Source: Octopus bimaculoides (Eukaryota). Taken from it: a DNA stretch of 64,000 nt. Shown piece after piece: positions 51,293-64,000 of this stretch; the stretch's first letter is position 1, and each line of letters begins with the position of its first letter. The translations under genes and the position numbers were made by a program. A model generated the notes under the pieces. It was not told the origin of the DNA, did no database searches, and saw nothing but the letters and a program-made list of their open reading frames with translations. The stretch spans positions 95,902,121 to 95,966,120 of the forward strand of contig NC_068987.1 in assembly GCF_001194135.2 (NCBI RefSeq). Reading direction: 5' to 3'.

Positions 51293-52274
51293 TGAGGGAA
51301 GAAATGAAGGAGGATAGAGGAAGGAGAAAGGCTACAAATACAAGTGACAAGGCAAGAGAGAAAAAAGGGGGAAATGGACACGCTAGAAATAGAAGTAAAA
51401 GGGCGACAGACAAAAGGAGAAAGAGTGTATATTCTGTGTGACTCTAATCTTGCTTTCACTCTTTCTCCTTTTCTCTCTTGCCCTCTTCCATTTCTAGCCT
51501 GTCCACTCCCCCCCCCCTTTTTTTCCCCTCTCTTTTGCAGATTCCTAGATGTGTTGTTTTTACATACTAAATTTGCTTGGTAAGGTGGGGTTAATGGGCA
51601 ATGTAATCTGAAAGCTTTGTTGATGTAATTGGTTGTTAGAACGGTGCAGGTAGGGTGTTTTTTGCTGTTGAAACCATTACGTATTTTTGTGTAATATTTG
51701 TAAACAGTGTGGGAGGTGAATGCAATGATTATTACTGAATGTAGCCCTCTTTCCATTTCGTTTACTGCTGAGTAGAAATCTCTCTTCATTTCATGTTGTT
51801 CCAGTCCACTCATCTGTAGAAATGAATTTAGCCTGGAGAGGGATGGGCTCCGCCAGGCTTTCTGCCCTGGATATGCAGCATGGCTGTAGCGCCCTAACAA
51901 CCCCACAAGGGATTAACGAACTTGTCAAATTGTCATTGGGTAGAGAGAAAGAGAGAGTGTTTGTGTCTGTTAAATTCTGGTATCTGTTCTTTTCGAGAAT
52001 TCTAATTTTGAATCATTTCAGAATCTATTGTTTTTTTTTNNNNNNNNNNNNNNNNNNNNNNNNNNNNNNNNNNNNNNNNNNNNNNNNNNNNNNNNNNNNN
52101 NNNNNNNNNNNNNNNNNNNNNNNNNNNNNNNNNNNNNNNNNNNNNNNNNNNNNNNNNNNNNNNNNNNNNNNNNNNNNNNNNNNNNNNNNNNNNNNNNNNN
52201 NNNNNNNNNNNNNNNNGGGGGGGGGGGGTTCTAGTTAACTTTAGTTAATTTTTGTTTATTTTCAGATCATTAAA

Positions 52275-53796
52275 ATGGAATGTCAAGTTAAGAAAAACGA
52301 GCATTTTCGACACCTCCTTCTTTTTGCTTTTAATCAAGGCTCTAAGGCCACAAAAGCTGCTCGCGACATTTGTACTGTGTATGGAGAAGGTACCATAGCT
52401 GAAAGAACTGCTCGTGATTGGCATGCCAAGTTCAAAAATGGAAATTTTGACCTCAAAGACGCACCTCGTTCTGGCCATCCAGTTGAGTTCGATGAAGAGC
52501 GATTAAACCAACTTTTGCGCGAAAATTCTTGTCAAACGACAAGGGAACAGGTACAGAAAATGGAATGCTCCCACACTACTATAGAGAAGCATCTTCACTC
52601 GATGGGAAAGGTTCAGAAGTATCGAGCATGAGTTCCGCATGCTTTAAGTGACAACAAAAATCGACGAACCACAATCTCTGCTGGTTTGCTTGCTTGTCAC
52701 CACTCAACTTGTGGACACAAGCAACGATTTCTTTACCGAATTGTTACTGGCGACGAAAGATGGTGCCTTTACATCAATATGAAGCAGCGTAAGGAATGGC
52801 TTAGCCCCGGTAAACAAGCGACACAGCGTGTGAAACAAGATCTCCATTTGCGTAAAACGATGTTGTGCGTATGGTGGGACTGGGAAGGGATTATCCATTA
52901 CGAATTGCTTGAACAGAACCAAACGGTAAATGCAGAACTCAATGTTCAACAGATGGAACGACTCAACACGGCTAGTCAAGAGAAAAGACCTAATCGGCAG
53001 CATGGAGTTCTTCTGCACGACAATGCCTGCCCTTATATCGCCAATATGATCAAGGAAGCCATTCAAACGCATGGCTGGGAAGTGCAGGACTGGGAGGTGC
53101 TGCCACAACTGCCGTACTCTCCTGATTTGGCACCAACGGATTTCCACCTCTTTCGATCTTGTAGTAACGCCTTAATAGCAGATGACATTTCCGGTAAGCT
53201 TATCCACGCATGCGCAGGGACTAGTTCCGGAAGGAACACGGGAAGAGTCTCATGCGCATGCGTGGTCATTNNNNNNNNNNCAGGGACTAGTTCCGGAAGG
53301 AACACGGGAAGAGTCTCATGCGCATGCGTGGTCATTGGATATTCAAGCTTCGCGCCCTTATTCATTCTCTTTTCTCGCCGGCCGGCGGAGGAGCCAGGAC
53401 GTACAAGCAGTCTCTTTCCAACATTCCAACTCTGGAGCTAGACAAATAACCGCTCAACATCATTGATGGCGTCTCAGCAACCAAAGGGCGAAGTGCTGCC
53501 TATTTCCTCTGTAAATAAATATTGTTGTGTTGATAGTTCAGAATCTGCGTTCCGTTGTTTCTTCAGAATTTAATGCACGGAAGCGGGTATACACCTAATG
53601 GTGTATAACCACTTTCCTATAATCTCTTTCAAATGCTATGCATGGAGTTTCGTTCAATACTGACACAGAATTGAGAGCTTAGTTAGATCAATTTTTCGAG
53701 TCAAAATTGGGTGATTTCTATCAACGAGGTATTGAAAATCTTGTTGAATGTTGGGAAGAAGTTGTAAACAACAAGGGTGGATACATTATTGATTAA
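52275..53796 (+). pseudogene. Mariner (DD34D) transposase pseudogene interrupted by a solo LTR
   Basis: One reading frame with a W>stop in WVPHAL, VTGDERW, HDNA and YSPDLAPTD. A 5-codon insertion lies between the 2nd and 3rd D. The frame resumes at 53626 (LSNAM...KGGYIID*). Right TIR ends ~53850; the left end is in the gap. Confidence 0.93.
53160..53621 (+). mobile_element. Solo LTR with 4-bp TSD inside the mariner
   Basis: TGTAG...CTATA ends, TSD ATCT (53156-59, 53622-25), AATAAA at 53514-19. Removing it restores FRSLSN. Confidence 0.8.
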
Positions 53797-54699
53797 TTAG
53801 TTGTTATTTTTTATTAACCCTTTAAAAAAAAAATTTTAACGGTGGGAACCTATATAGAATATAGGTAATTAAGGTAAATCCTAGCTGTTTCCTCTTGAAT
53901 AAATAATACCAAAACATTTCCACTTTCCTGTTTTGCTATATATATATATATGTATTAATTAGAAAGCCACGAATGTTCCATCCTGGTTTTCCTGTCTATC
54001 TTTGTATCGTCCATCTATCTGTATGTTTTCATTGTTGTCCGTTATGTTCTCGTTCCATAAAAAAAAAAATTTATATATACATTATATATAAATATATATA
54101 GCAGCGTACGTACACCTTTTGCTCAGCTTGTTAGTAAGTATATATCTAAATTCTGTACGACTTTCTTCCTTCTTTCCTTTTTTCTTTTTCTAGCTCCCAC
54201 TCTCTCACTTTCTTGGCATTTTCTTTCTTTCCATTTTTCTTTTTCTTTCTCTGCCTCTCTCACATTTCTTAGCATTCTCTTTCTTTAATCACTCTACTTT
54301 CCACTGTTATCTCCTTTGTACCTTCCTCCCTCTCTCTCTCTCTCGCCTCTCTCTAGTTCCTTCCCTAATTCTTCAATCCCTCCGTTCCTCCCACGTGACC
54401 CGTGCTTAGTCAAGCATGATCTTTCTTTCTTCGCCTGACTGCCACTTGCACAATACCTGATTTTCCGGGCTCCCGACTTTCATCTATGTTTGTTGCCGTA
54501 AGGCTTCCACTTCACACACCAGCTTAACTTGTATTTTAGTCGAAAGACACCTGTTGCTATTCTTTTGTAATTGTAATTGTGTAACATTTTCTCCGTTTAC
54601 AAGTTTTTTTGTCCGTTTTGTTGCACATATTCACCGTCTTTCTTCCAAAAATTTAATGCCCTTAGCTTAGATTTTGGGTCCCACCTATTTTGAACAGTC

Positions 54700-54960
54700 T
54701 CAAGTGTAACAGACTGAAATTGTAGTAATGATTGGAAGCTCGACTGATGAATAGAAAGCCACGAATTCTCCGTCCAGGTTTTCCTGCCCAACTTTGTATC
54801 GTCCATATGTCCATATGATTTCATTGTCATCCATTATGTTCTTGCTGTATTCTTTTTGATCCATTCTCCGAACTTTCCATCTTTCCGACGAAGGGCTACG
54901 CCCGAAACGTCATACACTCTCTCTTTCCTTTCCTGAGCGTCCAATAATACTATCCATATC
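54700..54960 (+). mobile_element. Penelope-like terminal remnant with a degenerate hammerhead motif
   Basis: CCGACGA-A-GGGC-TAC-GCCC-GAAA-CG-TC at 54885-54911. The segment near 54750-54830 is repeated at 53958-54050. Confidence 0.45.
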
Positions 54961-55585
54961 ACGTCCTCACTTTGTTGTTTTTTTGTTATTGTTTTTTTGA
55001 ACTATATATATATATATATATATATATATTAGGTGTTTGTTTTCACTTTTTCGATATATATGTATATATATATANNNNNNNNNNNNNNNNNNNNNNNNNN
55101 NNNNNNNNNNNNNNNNNNNNNNNNNNNNNNNNNNNNNNNNNNNNNNNNNNNNNNNNNNNNNNNNNNNNNNNNNNNNNNNNNNNNNNNNNNNNNNNNNNNN
55201 NNNNNNNNNNNNNNNNNNNNNNNNNNNNNNNNNNNNNNNNNNNNNNNNNNNNNNNNNNNNNNNNNNNNNNNNNNNNNNNNNNNNNNNNNNNNNNNNNNNN
55301 NNNNNNNNNNNNNNNNNNNNNNNNNNNNNNNNNNNNNNNNNNNNNNNNNNNNNNNNNNNNNNNNNNNNNNNNNNNNNNNNNNNNNNNNNNNNNNNNNNNN
55401 NNNNNNNNNNNNNNNNNNNNNNNNNNNNNNNNNNNNNNNNNNNNNNNNNNNNNNNNNNNNNNNNNNNNNNNNNNNNNNNNNNNNNNNNNNNNNNNNNNNN
55501 NNNNNNNNNNNNNNNNNNNNNNNNNNNNNNNNNNNNNNNNNNNNNNNNNNNNNNNNNNNNNNNNNNNNNNNNNNNNNNNNNNNNN

Positions 55586-55795
55586 TATATATGTATATAT
55601 ATGTATATATATGTATATATATGTATATATATGTATATATATGTATATATATGTATATATATGTATATATATGTATATATATGTATATATATGTATATAT
55701 ATGTATATATATGTGTATATATGTGTATATATATGTATATATATGTATATATATGTATATATATGTATATATATGTATATATATGTATATATATG

Positions 55796-55826
<31 letters not shown>
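55586..55826 (+). repeat. (ATGTATATAT)n 10-bp AT-rich tandem repeat
   Basis: Directly visible, next to a gap. Confidence 0.9.
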
Positions 55827-58800
55827 GTAGTTACACAATCTTATATATAAGATATACGTAGTTATATATAATATAGGTATATTTTGTCACAAGTGATGTA
55901 CTCCATACACAGCCATTGCAGTTTACTGGGATGGATTCAATTGTCTAAACCTTCCTTACACCTGTATGGGCAGTGAACATAACATTGTAGCAAATCAGTT
56001 GGTAATACTCAACCTTACAAATGCGTTTATTGGCACATACACATACACACACTGGGAGATTTGGATGTTATTTTTAGCAAGTACATCATCATATTGAATA
56101 TCAACATTCTTCATTGTTTTACCATGAATAATAAAATAGGGTGTGTGTCAAGCATTTATTTATAGAATAAACTCCAATGCAGTCTTACAAAAAATTAATG
56201 ACACATTTAAATGACAGGTTAACTTTATATTTACTAACTGAAACACTATGAATTTTTCTTTTAGTATATGTTGAACTGAAAAATTCTGAAGTTGAAACAA
56301 ATAATGCAGTATGTATATACATACTGTATTATAATAATTTATGATCAGCTTGGAAATTTCTTTAGTTCCCAATCTCCTTCATTCATTGTACAGAACTGAA
56401 TTGTTAGAAACACATTGCTGTGTTTTATTTATGTTTTTCATTAATCATTTTCTTTACACATCAATTTATTTTAAAATGTAAACGCCTTAACTACAGATAC
56501 ACATTCAACTATTTGAACCTACAGGAGAGCCTCTATGTAGCTACTCAATCTGCAAGAAATGTCAGCAAAATATCCTTCATGAAAAAAATTTAAAAAAGAA
56601 AAGCCACATTGGATAGTGTTATTCAAGGTACATTATATAACAAAAGCAGTTAGGATGACAATTTGACAAGTCCCTTAACCCCTTGGAGGTCATTAGGGCA
56701 CTGCAGCCATGCAACATGTCTAGGGCAAAAAAGCCTGGTGGAGCCAATCCCTCTTCAGACTAAACTCATTTCTACAGTTGAGTGAACTGGAGCAACATGA
56801 AATGAAGTGTTTTGCTCAAGAACACAATGCATTTCTCAGTCCTGGAATCGAAACCACAATCTTACAATCATGAGTCCAACACCCTAACTACTAAGCCATG
56901 TGCCTCCATTATGGTCATGGCTGAAATGCCTTAGATAAAATGTTTGACTAGTCAAGGCCGACATAAGGCTAACCCTTTAGCATTTAATCTGGTCATATCT
57001 GGCTCAAAAATTCTGTTTTATGTTTGAACAGGCCAGATGTGGCTTCTCACACTTAGCCTACCATGTCATTCTAAAATTAAACAATCACATCACAAGAATT
57101 ACAAGGCTACAAGATAATGCATGATTAATTCAAAACAATGTGAATAAATATGCATTACATAATCTGAATGTTAAAGGGTTTAAATATCAACAATAATAAC
57201 AAGAACAACAACTGTCATTCAGTCATTTCTATGAGAGTAAAACCTTCCTTTGAAGTAATTATAAATAATTATACATTAGTATTTGCTGCAACAGAGTGGG
57301 AGTCAGTGGTGGTGGTGGTGTCAGTGTAAGAAGGTGAAAACACAACATGTCAACTGGTTATGTCAATACAGCATAAGTAGTGCTATCCACATTCAAGTGG
57401 TTTTCAAGGAGAGGAAGATGCTGAATGTGGTTTTAATGAATGGAGTTCATTTCAGCTGAGAACCAGAAACATACAAACAGTGGGCGAAAGTAAACATCAG
57501 TGATGATCCAATATAACAGAAGTGGTGTGTTTATAGTTGATATATATATTTATCATGTGTGAACTAGATACACATGCACCATACACAGTGTATGTTAATT
57601 AGTCTAACTATGGCATTTATCTATAAAGAGTGTTCTATAACTATTTTAGTTGAAAGCTTAACTTTTTTTTCTTTCATGGTGATTGAAATATACAGAATGA
57701 GTAAATCTTGATTATGCTATAAAGAATATAGAGATATGTTTACCCAAGAATATTCTTTGGGGATATCATAATGTTTTGACATCTGTTTGTCTCCTCAGCC
57801 AGTGTTGATAAAAACAGATACTTCTTCTGTTGCACTATAAATAGTAGTCAGCCATGAGGGAGTAAATGTATAAAGTAACATTGAACCAAACAAAGGGAAC
57901 AAAGCCAATGCTTTCATATATAACAAAAAAAAAAATTCTATATAATATTTTTATAATAATAGTCAACACTAGTTCATATAGTTATTATCCAAGATGGGTC
58001 TTAGTACTATTTATTCTTCCAGAGCTGATGATTCACTCCATTGCTACCCAGAGTTTTCCTCTGAGTAGCAACAGGAAATTTAATCTTTCTGTTGATTGGT
58101 TGTTGTTGCCTAAAAGATTGTATACAGCAATACACTGAGTGATGATGGGCAAATCAACAGCTTCAAATAAATAAACTCTACTCAGGTATTGAGTCCTTTT
58201 TCCCATGTTTGTGCATCCAGATGTGTATGTAAACATGCATGTAACAATGGCATCTTAGTAATCACTGGGGGAAAAAAAAAAAAGAGACACACTACAATAT
58301 TCACTTCTACTTTTTTCTTATTTTGTAAAAATAATAGCAATTATAATAATCCTTTCTTCGAGAGGCACTAGGCCTGAAATCTGGGGGTAGGGGGGAAAGT
58401 CAATAACATTGACCCCCACTGCTTGACTGGTACTTATTTTATCAACCCCCAAAAGATGAAAGGCAAAGTCGAACTCAGTGGAATTTGAACTCAGAATGTA
58501 AAGATGGATGAAACGCCACTAAGCATTTTGCCTGGTGCACTAACGATTCTGCCAGCCAATCAATAATAATTCTATATACTATAGGCATGAGATCTGAAAT
58601 TTGTGGGGAGGGGTCTTTGTCAATTGCATCAACTCCAGCACTCAACTTTGACATATTTTATCAACCCTGAGAGAATTAAAGGCAAAGCTGATCTCAGTTG
58701 AACTAAGATTTTGCCTGGCATGCTAATGATTCTGTCAGCTTCGGGTCTCAATAATAGTAACAATGGTTTCTGATCTAGGTACAAAACCAGCAATTTTGAT

Positions 58801-60388
58801 GAGTGGGTACATGAAAGGTACTTTATTTTGTTGATCCTGGAAGAATGAACAGCAACATTGATCTTGGAGAGATTTGAACACAGAAAGTAAAGAATTCAAA
58901 GACATACCACGTGGCATTTTGTCCAATATTAATGATTCTGCCAATTCACTGCCCTAAATAATTGTTTCTAAAATAAGCAAAAGGCCTGAAATTTAGGGAA
59001 GATGATTAGTCAATTTAACCCTTTGGTGTTTAAACCGGCTATATCCGGCCCAAATATTCTACTCATTTTATGCTCAAACTGGCCAGAACCAGTACCTCAC
59101 ACATACCCTGCAATGTCATTCTAAAAATAAACAATTACATCATTCAAATCTTGAAGCTACAAGATAATACCAGATTAATTTTTTTAAATGTAAATGAATA
59201 AGGATTACTTTTGACATATTAATTTGAATGCTAAAAGGTTAAATTGACCCAATACTTAAGTGACTGTTTATTTTATTGGCTCTAGGGGGATGAAGGGTAA
59301 AGTTGACTCTGGCAGGATTTGAACTCAAAAAGTTAAATGTTCAAATACATACTGTCTGAGGCTTTAACAAGATTCTAATAAACTTGATCAATGGATTGTT
59401 TTCATTGCTAGTACAAAGTAAAAAATAAAGTAAAGTGAATCTGCCTTTATCAACACCAGCTGGCTAGGATAAACAACCAAACATTACAATGTCTCAAAAG
59501 AATACTCTTTAGTAAATATATCCATATTTTCTTTACGTGATATATTTTAAATTCACTCTTTCTACTTACTTTATTCATAGAGACGTTTGTCATAACCTTG
59601 ACTAACTTAAATGTAACCAACTTTATCAATGTATTCAAGAACTCAGGCTATGATGAAACTGCTTCAATTTCAACTTGCTTTAAGATCAAATCACATGCTA
59701 ATAAGTACAGCTCAAGAAAACACACACACACACACAAACACAAACACACATTGTTCATTCATTTAACATACACTTTTTGATACTAGTATGGGTTGGAGAA
59801 GAGGACTTATCTGAAGCAGGATTTTACAGTCAGATGCTCTTCCTGTTACCAACCCTTGTTTTTCATGTAAAGGATTTTTCATTTAAAAGGACATTCAAAA
59901 GCAGAGTGATCAGTTGTAATGTCAAGAAGGAATGTAAACATCATTTCACTATTGCTCTCTGACAATGACACAAAACTGTGGAACGACACACAAAACTATG
60001 GAATGTCGACAATCATGCACATATGAATACATACACACACAAATACAAATGCACACACATATACATGAATGCTTGTCTCTTAAAGCAGCAAGGTAAGTCT
60101 AGTCATCCTGAAGGAAGACTGATGACTTAAGTGGTGACTTTGTTTAAAGTGAAAAATAGAGTTGCTCACCATCGACCTCATTCTTCTGACTATCACTGTC
60201 TTCACTCTTGTGGCAAGGTCAGGTCAAGATAACTGGGAATGGAGACAGATGTAGTGAATGACTAAGACGTCTTACTTGTCACATCTTGCTCTCTGCACTT
60301 CACAATGCATTGCTACAGTTGCCTCTCCTTCCACTAAACCATGAAAGTTTCTTCTACAGAGTTGGCTGAATTCATTCACACATACATA

Positions 60389-61848
60389 CAAAGGTGGGCT
60401 GAAAGGTTCATAGGTTGACTATGAAGGAGTGATGTTAGAGTTGCGAAATCTTGCATGCATTAATTTCAACTCTTCTTATTAATAGGTGCATTGTTTCTTT
60501 CCGGGTAAACCACTATCTGATTGTTCAAAGTAGACTTCAAAAGTAACTAGTAATAATTTCTCTTGTAAATGGACAAAATGTGGCATCGTTGTGTTATCAA
60601 GTACCAACAGAAAAAGGGTTTAGTCCCCAAGGACATTTATACTGACATGGTTGCTACATTAGGGGATGATGCTTCAGTTTTATCAATGGTGCAAAAGTGA
60701 GCAGCTGAATTTAGGATGGGGATTGATAGTTGTAAGATGACATCCTGCAACTGCCACCACCAAGAAAAACATCGATCATGTTCACCACAATCTGTTGGAT
60801 GACAAGTAATTGACTTTAAACTAAATAGTTTATGTTATTAGCATGTCCCATGAGAGAGCTGGGTACATTCTCCACAATGAACTTGGCTTGACAAAGGTTT
60901 CTGTTAAGTGGATGCCACGTCTTCTGACACCTGATCAAAGGTGCACCAGGCTGATCACATCACATGAAAATCTGACATTGTTTCAGGTAGATCCAGTTGG
61001 TTTCCTTGAACATTTCCTAACCAAGGATGAGTGTTGGCTTCATCATTTTGAGCCAAAGACAAAGAGATAATCTATGCAGTGAAAACACCCTTCCTCACTT
61101 GCTCCAAAGCTAATGTCATTTCATTTGAAGGGAAGGTGATGGTCTCAGTTTTTTGGGATGCAAAAGGTATTGTGTTTATTGATTATTTTCAATAGGACCT
61201 CACCATCAATGAAGAGTACTATGCCTACTTGATGAAGTAGTTACAAAAAGCTATCAAGACCAAATGCCCAGGAAAATTGACAAAAGGGGACTTGTTTCAT
61301 CAGGAAAATGCTCCAGCACATAAGTTTCAATGGCTACTGTTTGTGACTATGGATTTGAACTGATTAATCATCCTCCATCTGACTATCATCTATTCTCCAA
61401 CATGAAAAAACACTTGGTTGGGAACCAGTTTTGCTGTGATAATGACTGGCCCTCATGCCGGTGGCACGCAAAAGCACCCACTACACTCTCGGAGTGGTTG
61501 GCGTTAGGAAGGGTATCCAACTGTAGAAACTCTGCCAAATCAGATTGGAGCCTGGTGTTGTCTCCTGGTCAACCAGTCCTCAGTCAAATCGTCCAACCCA
61601 TGCTAGCATGGAAAGCGGACGTTAAATGATGACGACGATGATGATGATGATGAATGATGTCACATCTGCTGTTGATGACTTTTTGACCAACAAGATGAAA
61701 GCTTCTTCACTAATGGGATCTAAGCACTGCAGCACTGAAGGAAGAATTGTGTGAACCCCAAGAGGGACCGTGTTGAAAAATAAACCTCATTTGGTCACAT
61801 TCCATAAGAATATCTTGGTCAGCCTATAAACTTTTCAACTGATTGTCA
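60389..61848 (+). mobile_element. Degraded mariner element with both TIRs, interrupted by an RTE 3'UTR copy (61447-61655)
   Basis: Imperfect TIRs (gaaaggttcataggttgac / gtcagcctataaacttttc), TA flanks, and KWMPRLLTPDQ and FLTKDECWLHHFEP motifs. Confidence 0.82.
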
Positions 61849-63360
61849 TACATATACACACATACAATGGCCTCTTATACAGTTTCTGTTTACCAAATAT
61901 GTACACAAAATATTGAAAGCTATAGTAGAAGACACTTGCACAAGGTGCTGAGCAGTGAAACTGAACCTGAAACTATGTGGTTGTGAAGCAAACTTCTTAC
62001 CCACAGTCATGCCTGCAACCCCAACACACCACACAGATACATTTTCACTAACAATGTAATGGGGTATATGAATACATTATTGTGTTTTTAACAATGTTTA
62101 GATAATGCTAATGAAAATGGATTATAAATTATGCTTTAATTTATTTGGGTGGGTTTGTGTTAAGTTTGTTTTCACAAATTATCATGGCCTTAATTATTTT
62201 GTTGTTGTTATTGTATGATGGCAACATACACAAAAAGTCAGTGGTGGTGGTGATGGCAGAAGGGTGGAAACAGTAAAAAGTATCAGATTAAATAAGAACC
62301 AAATAGCTGTTGATGTACTGAATGACAGAGAAAAAAAAAAAAACTTAAGGAACTGGTATTTTCTTCTTGGTCTTAGAAAATAAACAAAAACTTAGCAACA
62401 ATCATTAGCAACACAAAAAAAGGGTAGATCATCAAGAAAATTACCACCATCATCTTGTAACGTCCATTTTCCATGCCAGCATGGGTTGGACAGTTTGACC
62501 AGCTGGGGAGCTGCCCAGGCTCCGTTTGTCTGTTTTGGCATGGTTTCTATGGCAGGATAACTTTCCTAACACCAACCACTTTACAGAGAGTACTGGGTGC
62601 TTTTTATATGGCACCAGCATGGGTGCTTTATATGTGACACTGGCATGGGTACTTTATATGTAGCACTGACACAGGTGCTCCTGTACATGGAAATGGCACA
62701 TGTGCTCACTAAGTAGCACTGATATGTGTGTTTTTTATGCAACACTGAAACAAGTGCTTTTTATGTGGCACCAGCACCCATGAGCCCACAAGACAAGGAC
62801 CTCTCACATGATAGAAGGAATGAAGGGCATGGCCACAAAGGACAGGCTTGTAATGGATAGCCATGATTTTTACTTAGTTTGACCTGCAAATTGCCCGAAG
62901 TCTCGGTCCCTTGTCATCTCCACAATGTGGTCCAATATCTGAAGATCCTTTCTCACCATTTCGTCACATGTCTTCCTGGGTCCACTCCATCCACATGTTC
63001 CCTTCACAATTAGAGATCGACACTTCTTATGCAGCTGTCCTCATCCATATACATCATATGACTATATCAGTACAGTCACCTCTCTTACACATTACATCTG
63101 ATACTTCTTATACCCAATTTTTCTCTTAAATCACTTTATTCTGTTGCAATACACACTAACATTACCCATCCAGTGGAGCATACTGATTTCATTTCATTCA
63201 AGCCTTCACATGTTCTCTGTAGTCATAGCCCATGTTTCACTGCCATGTAGTGTAGTGAAACCTCTCTCTCAGCCATTCAATCACAAATGATAACGAAGCT
63301 GCTAACATCTAGCCTTCGGCTACCTTGGACCCTTCTGTCCATCATCCTGATTGGTTCTTA

Positions 63361-63929
63361 GGATCTTTTTTAAAACGGGGGCCACATTTTTCATTAATGT
63401 TTTACGTAGTGTTTTTGGTACCGAAAGACTTTCAAACTTCGGATACTTATCTATTTTGTGTTATAGAACAGAAAAATATTTTTGTATTCGAATTTATTTC
63501 ATGTAAAAAATTGTCTTATTTCGATAATTTCAACCAATCACTGACAAGTATTCAGTTGTTTACATTTACTCCTTTGGCTAATTAAGCGATGTAAAGCGTA
63601 TTTAATCTCCATACCTTCGTTTTATTTGCTTTTTTCATTTTAAATTTGCTTTAACCCTAACCCTAACCCTAGGGTTAGGGTTAGGGTTAATTGTTTCAGA
63701 ATCGTTTGTTTATGTAGTCGGCACTTAATGTATATCGGCTGAATGGACGTCAGTGATTGGTTGAAATTACAGAAATACGACAACTTTAACATGGAATAAT
63801 TTATGGATTTCTTTTTTTTTTTAAGAAGACTAAGAGAAAAAGATGTTTTATATGACACATTCTACCAGTGTTCCAAGTTTCAAAGTGTTTCGTTAATGAA
63901 AAATGTGGCCCCCGTTTTAAAAAAGATCC
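63361..63929. mobile_element. Second copy of the telomeric-core DNA transposon
   Basis: Same 37-bp TIRs and (TAACCC)3-TA-(GGGTTA)3 at 63652-63689. No matching TSD. Confidence 0.9.
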
Positions 63930-64000
63930 CAGACGAACTTAATTTAACATTTATTTATTTAATGTTTTCACGCAGACTAAGTGGTTTCTCCAGAGATAAT

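Noticed and set aside
51187-51906. 239-aa ORF
   Set aside because: A composite of a SINE fragment, low-complexity purine tracts and (CT)n, with no protein-like motif.

Overview
AT-rich, microsatellite-dense animal genomic DNA with nine N gaps. The SINE families and TTAGGG repeats point to an octopus scaffold; this is recognition from memory, not a database result. The only host gene found is a minus-strand TMC (transmembrane channel-like) gene. Eleven coding exons (29540 down to 2601) can be joined with GT-AG junctions and consistent phases, except across the 12573-13255 gap, which hides part of the first extracellular loop. No further 3' exons were found, so they probably lie beyond the window start. 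The rest is transposon debris: several tRNA-derived SINE families; RTE, Tx1/L1, R4/Dong-like and HERO-like LINE fragments; three mariner remnants; solo LTRs; and piggyBac-, hAT- and mariner-type MITEs. The two most unusual structures are (1) a tRNA-headed SINE whose tail carries a minimal hammerhead-ribozyme motif and is flanked by an inverted copy of that tail (20481-20930), and (2) an 8-bp-TSD foldback DNA transposon family whose centre is a divergent (CCCTAA)n/(TTAGGG)n telomeric palindrome (39898-40481, 63361-63929, relative at 27394-28121). Neither is proven novel without database searches. No prokaryote-type systems (CRISPR, operons) are present.
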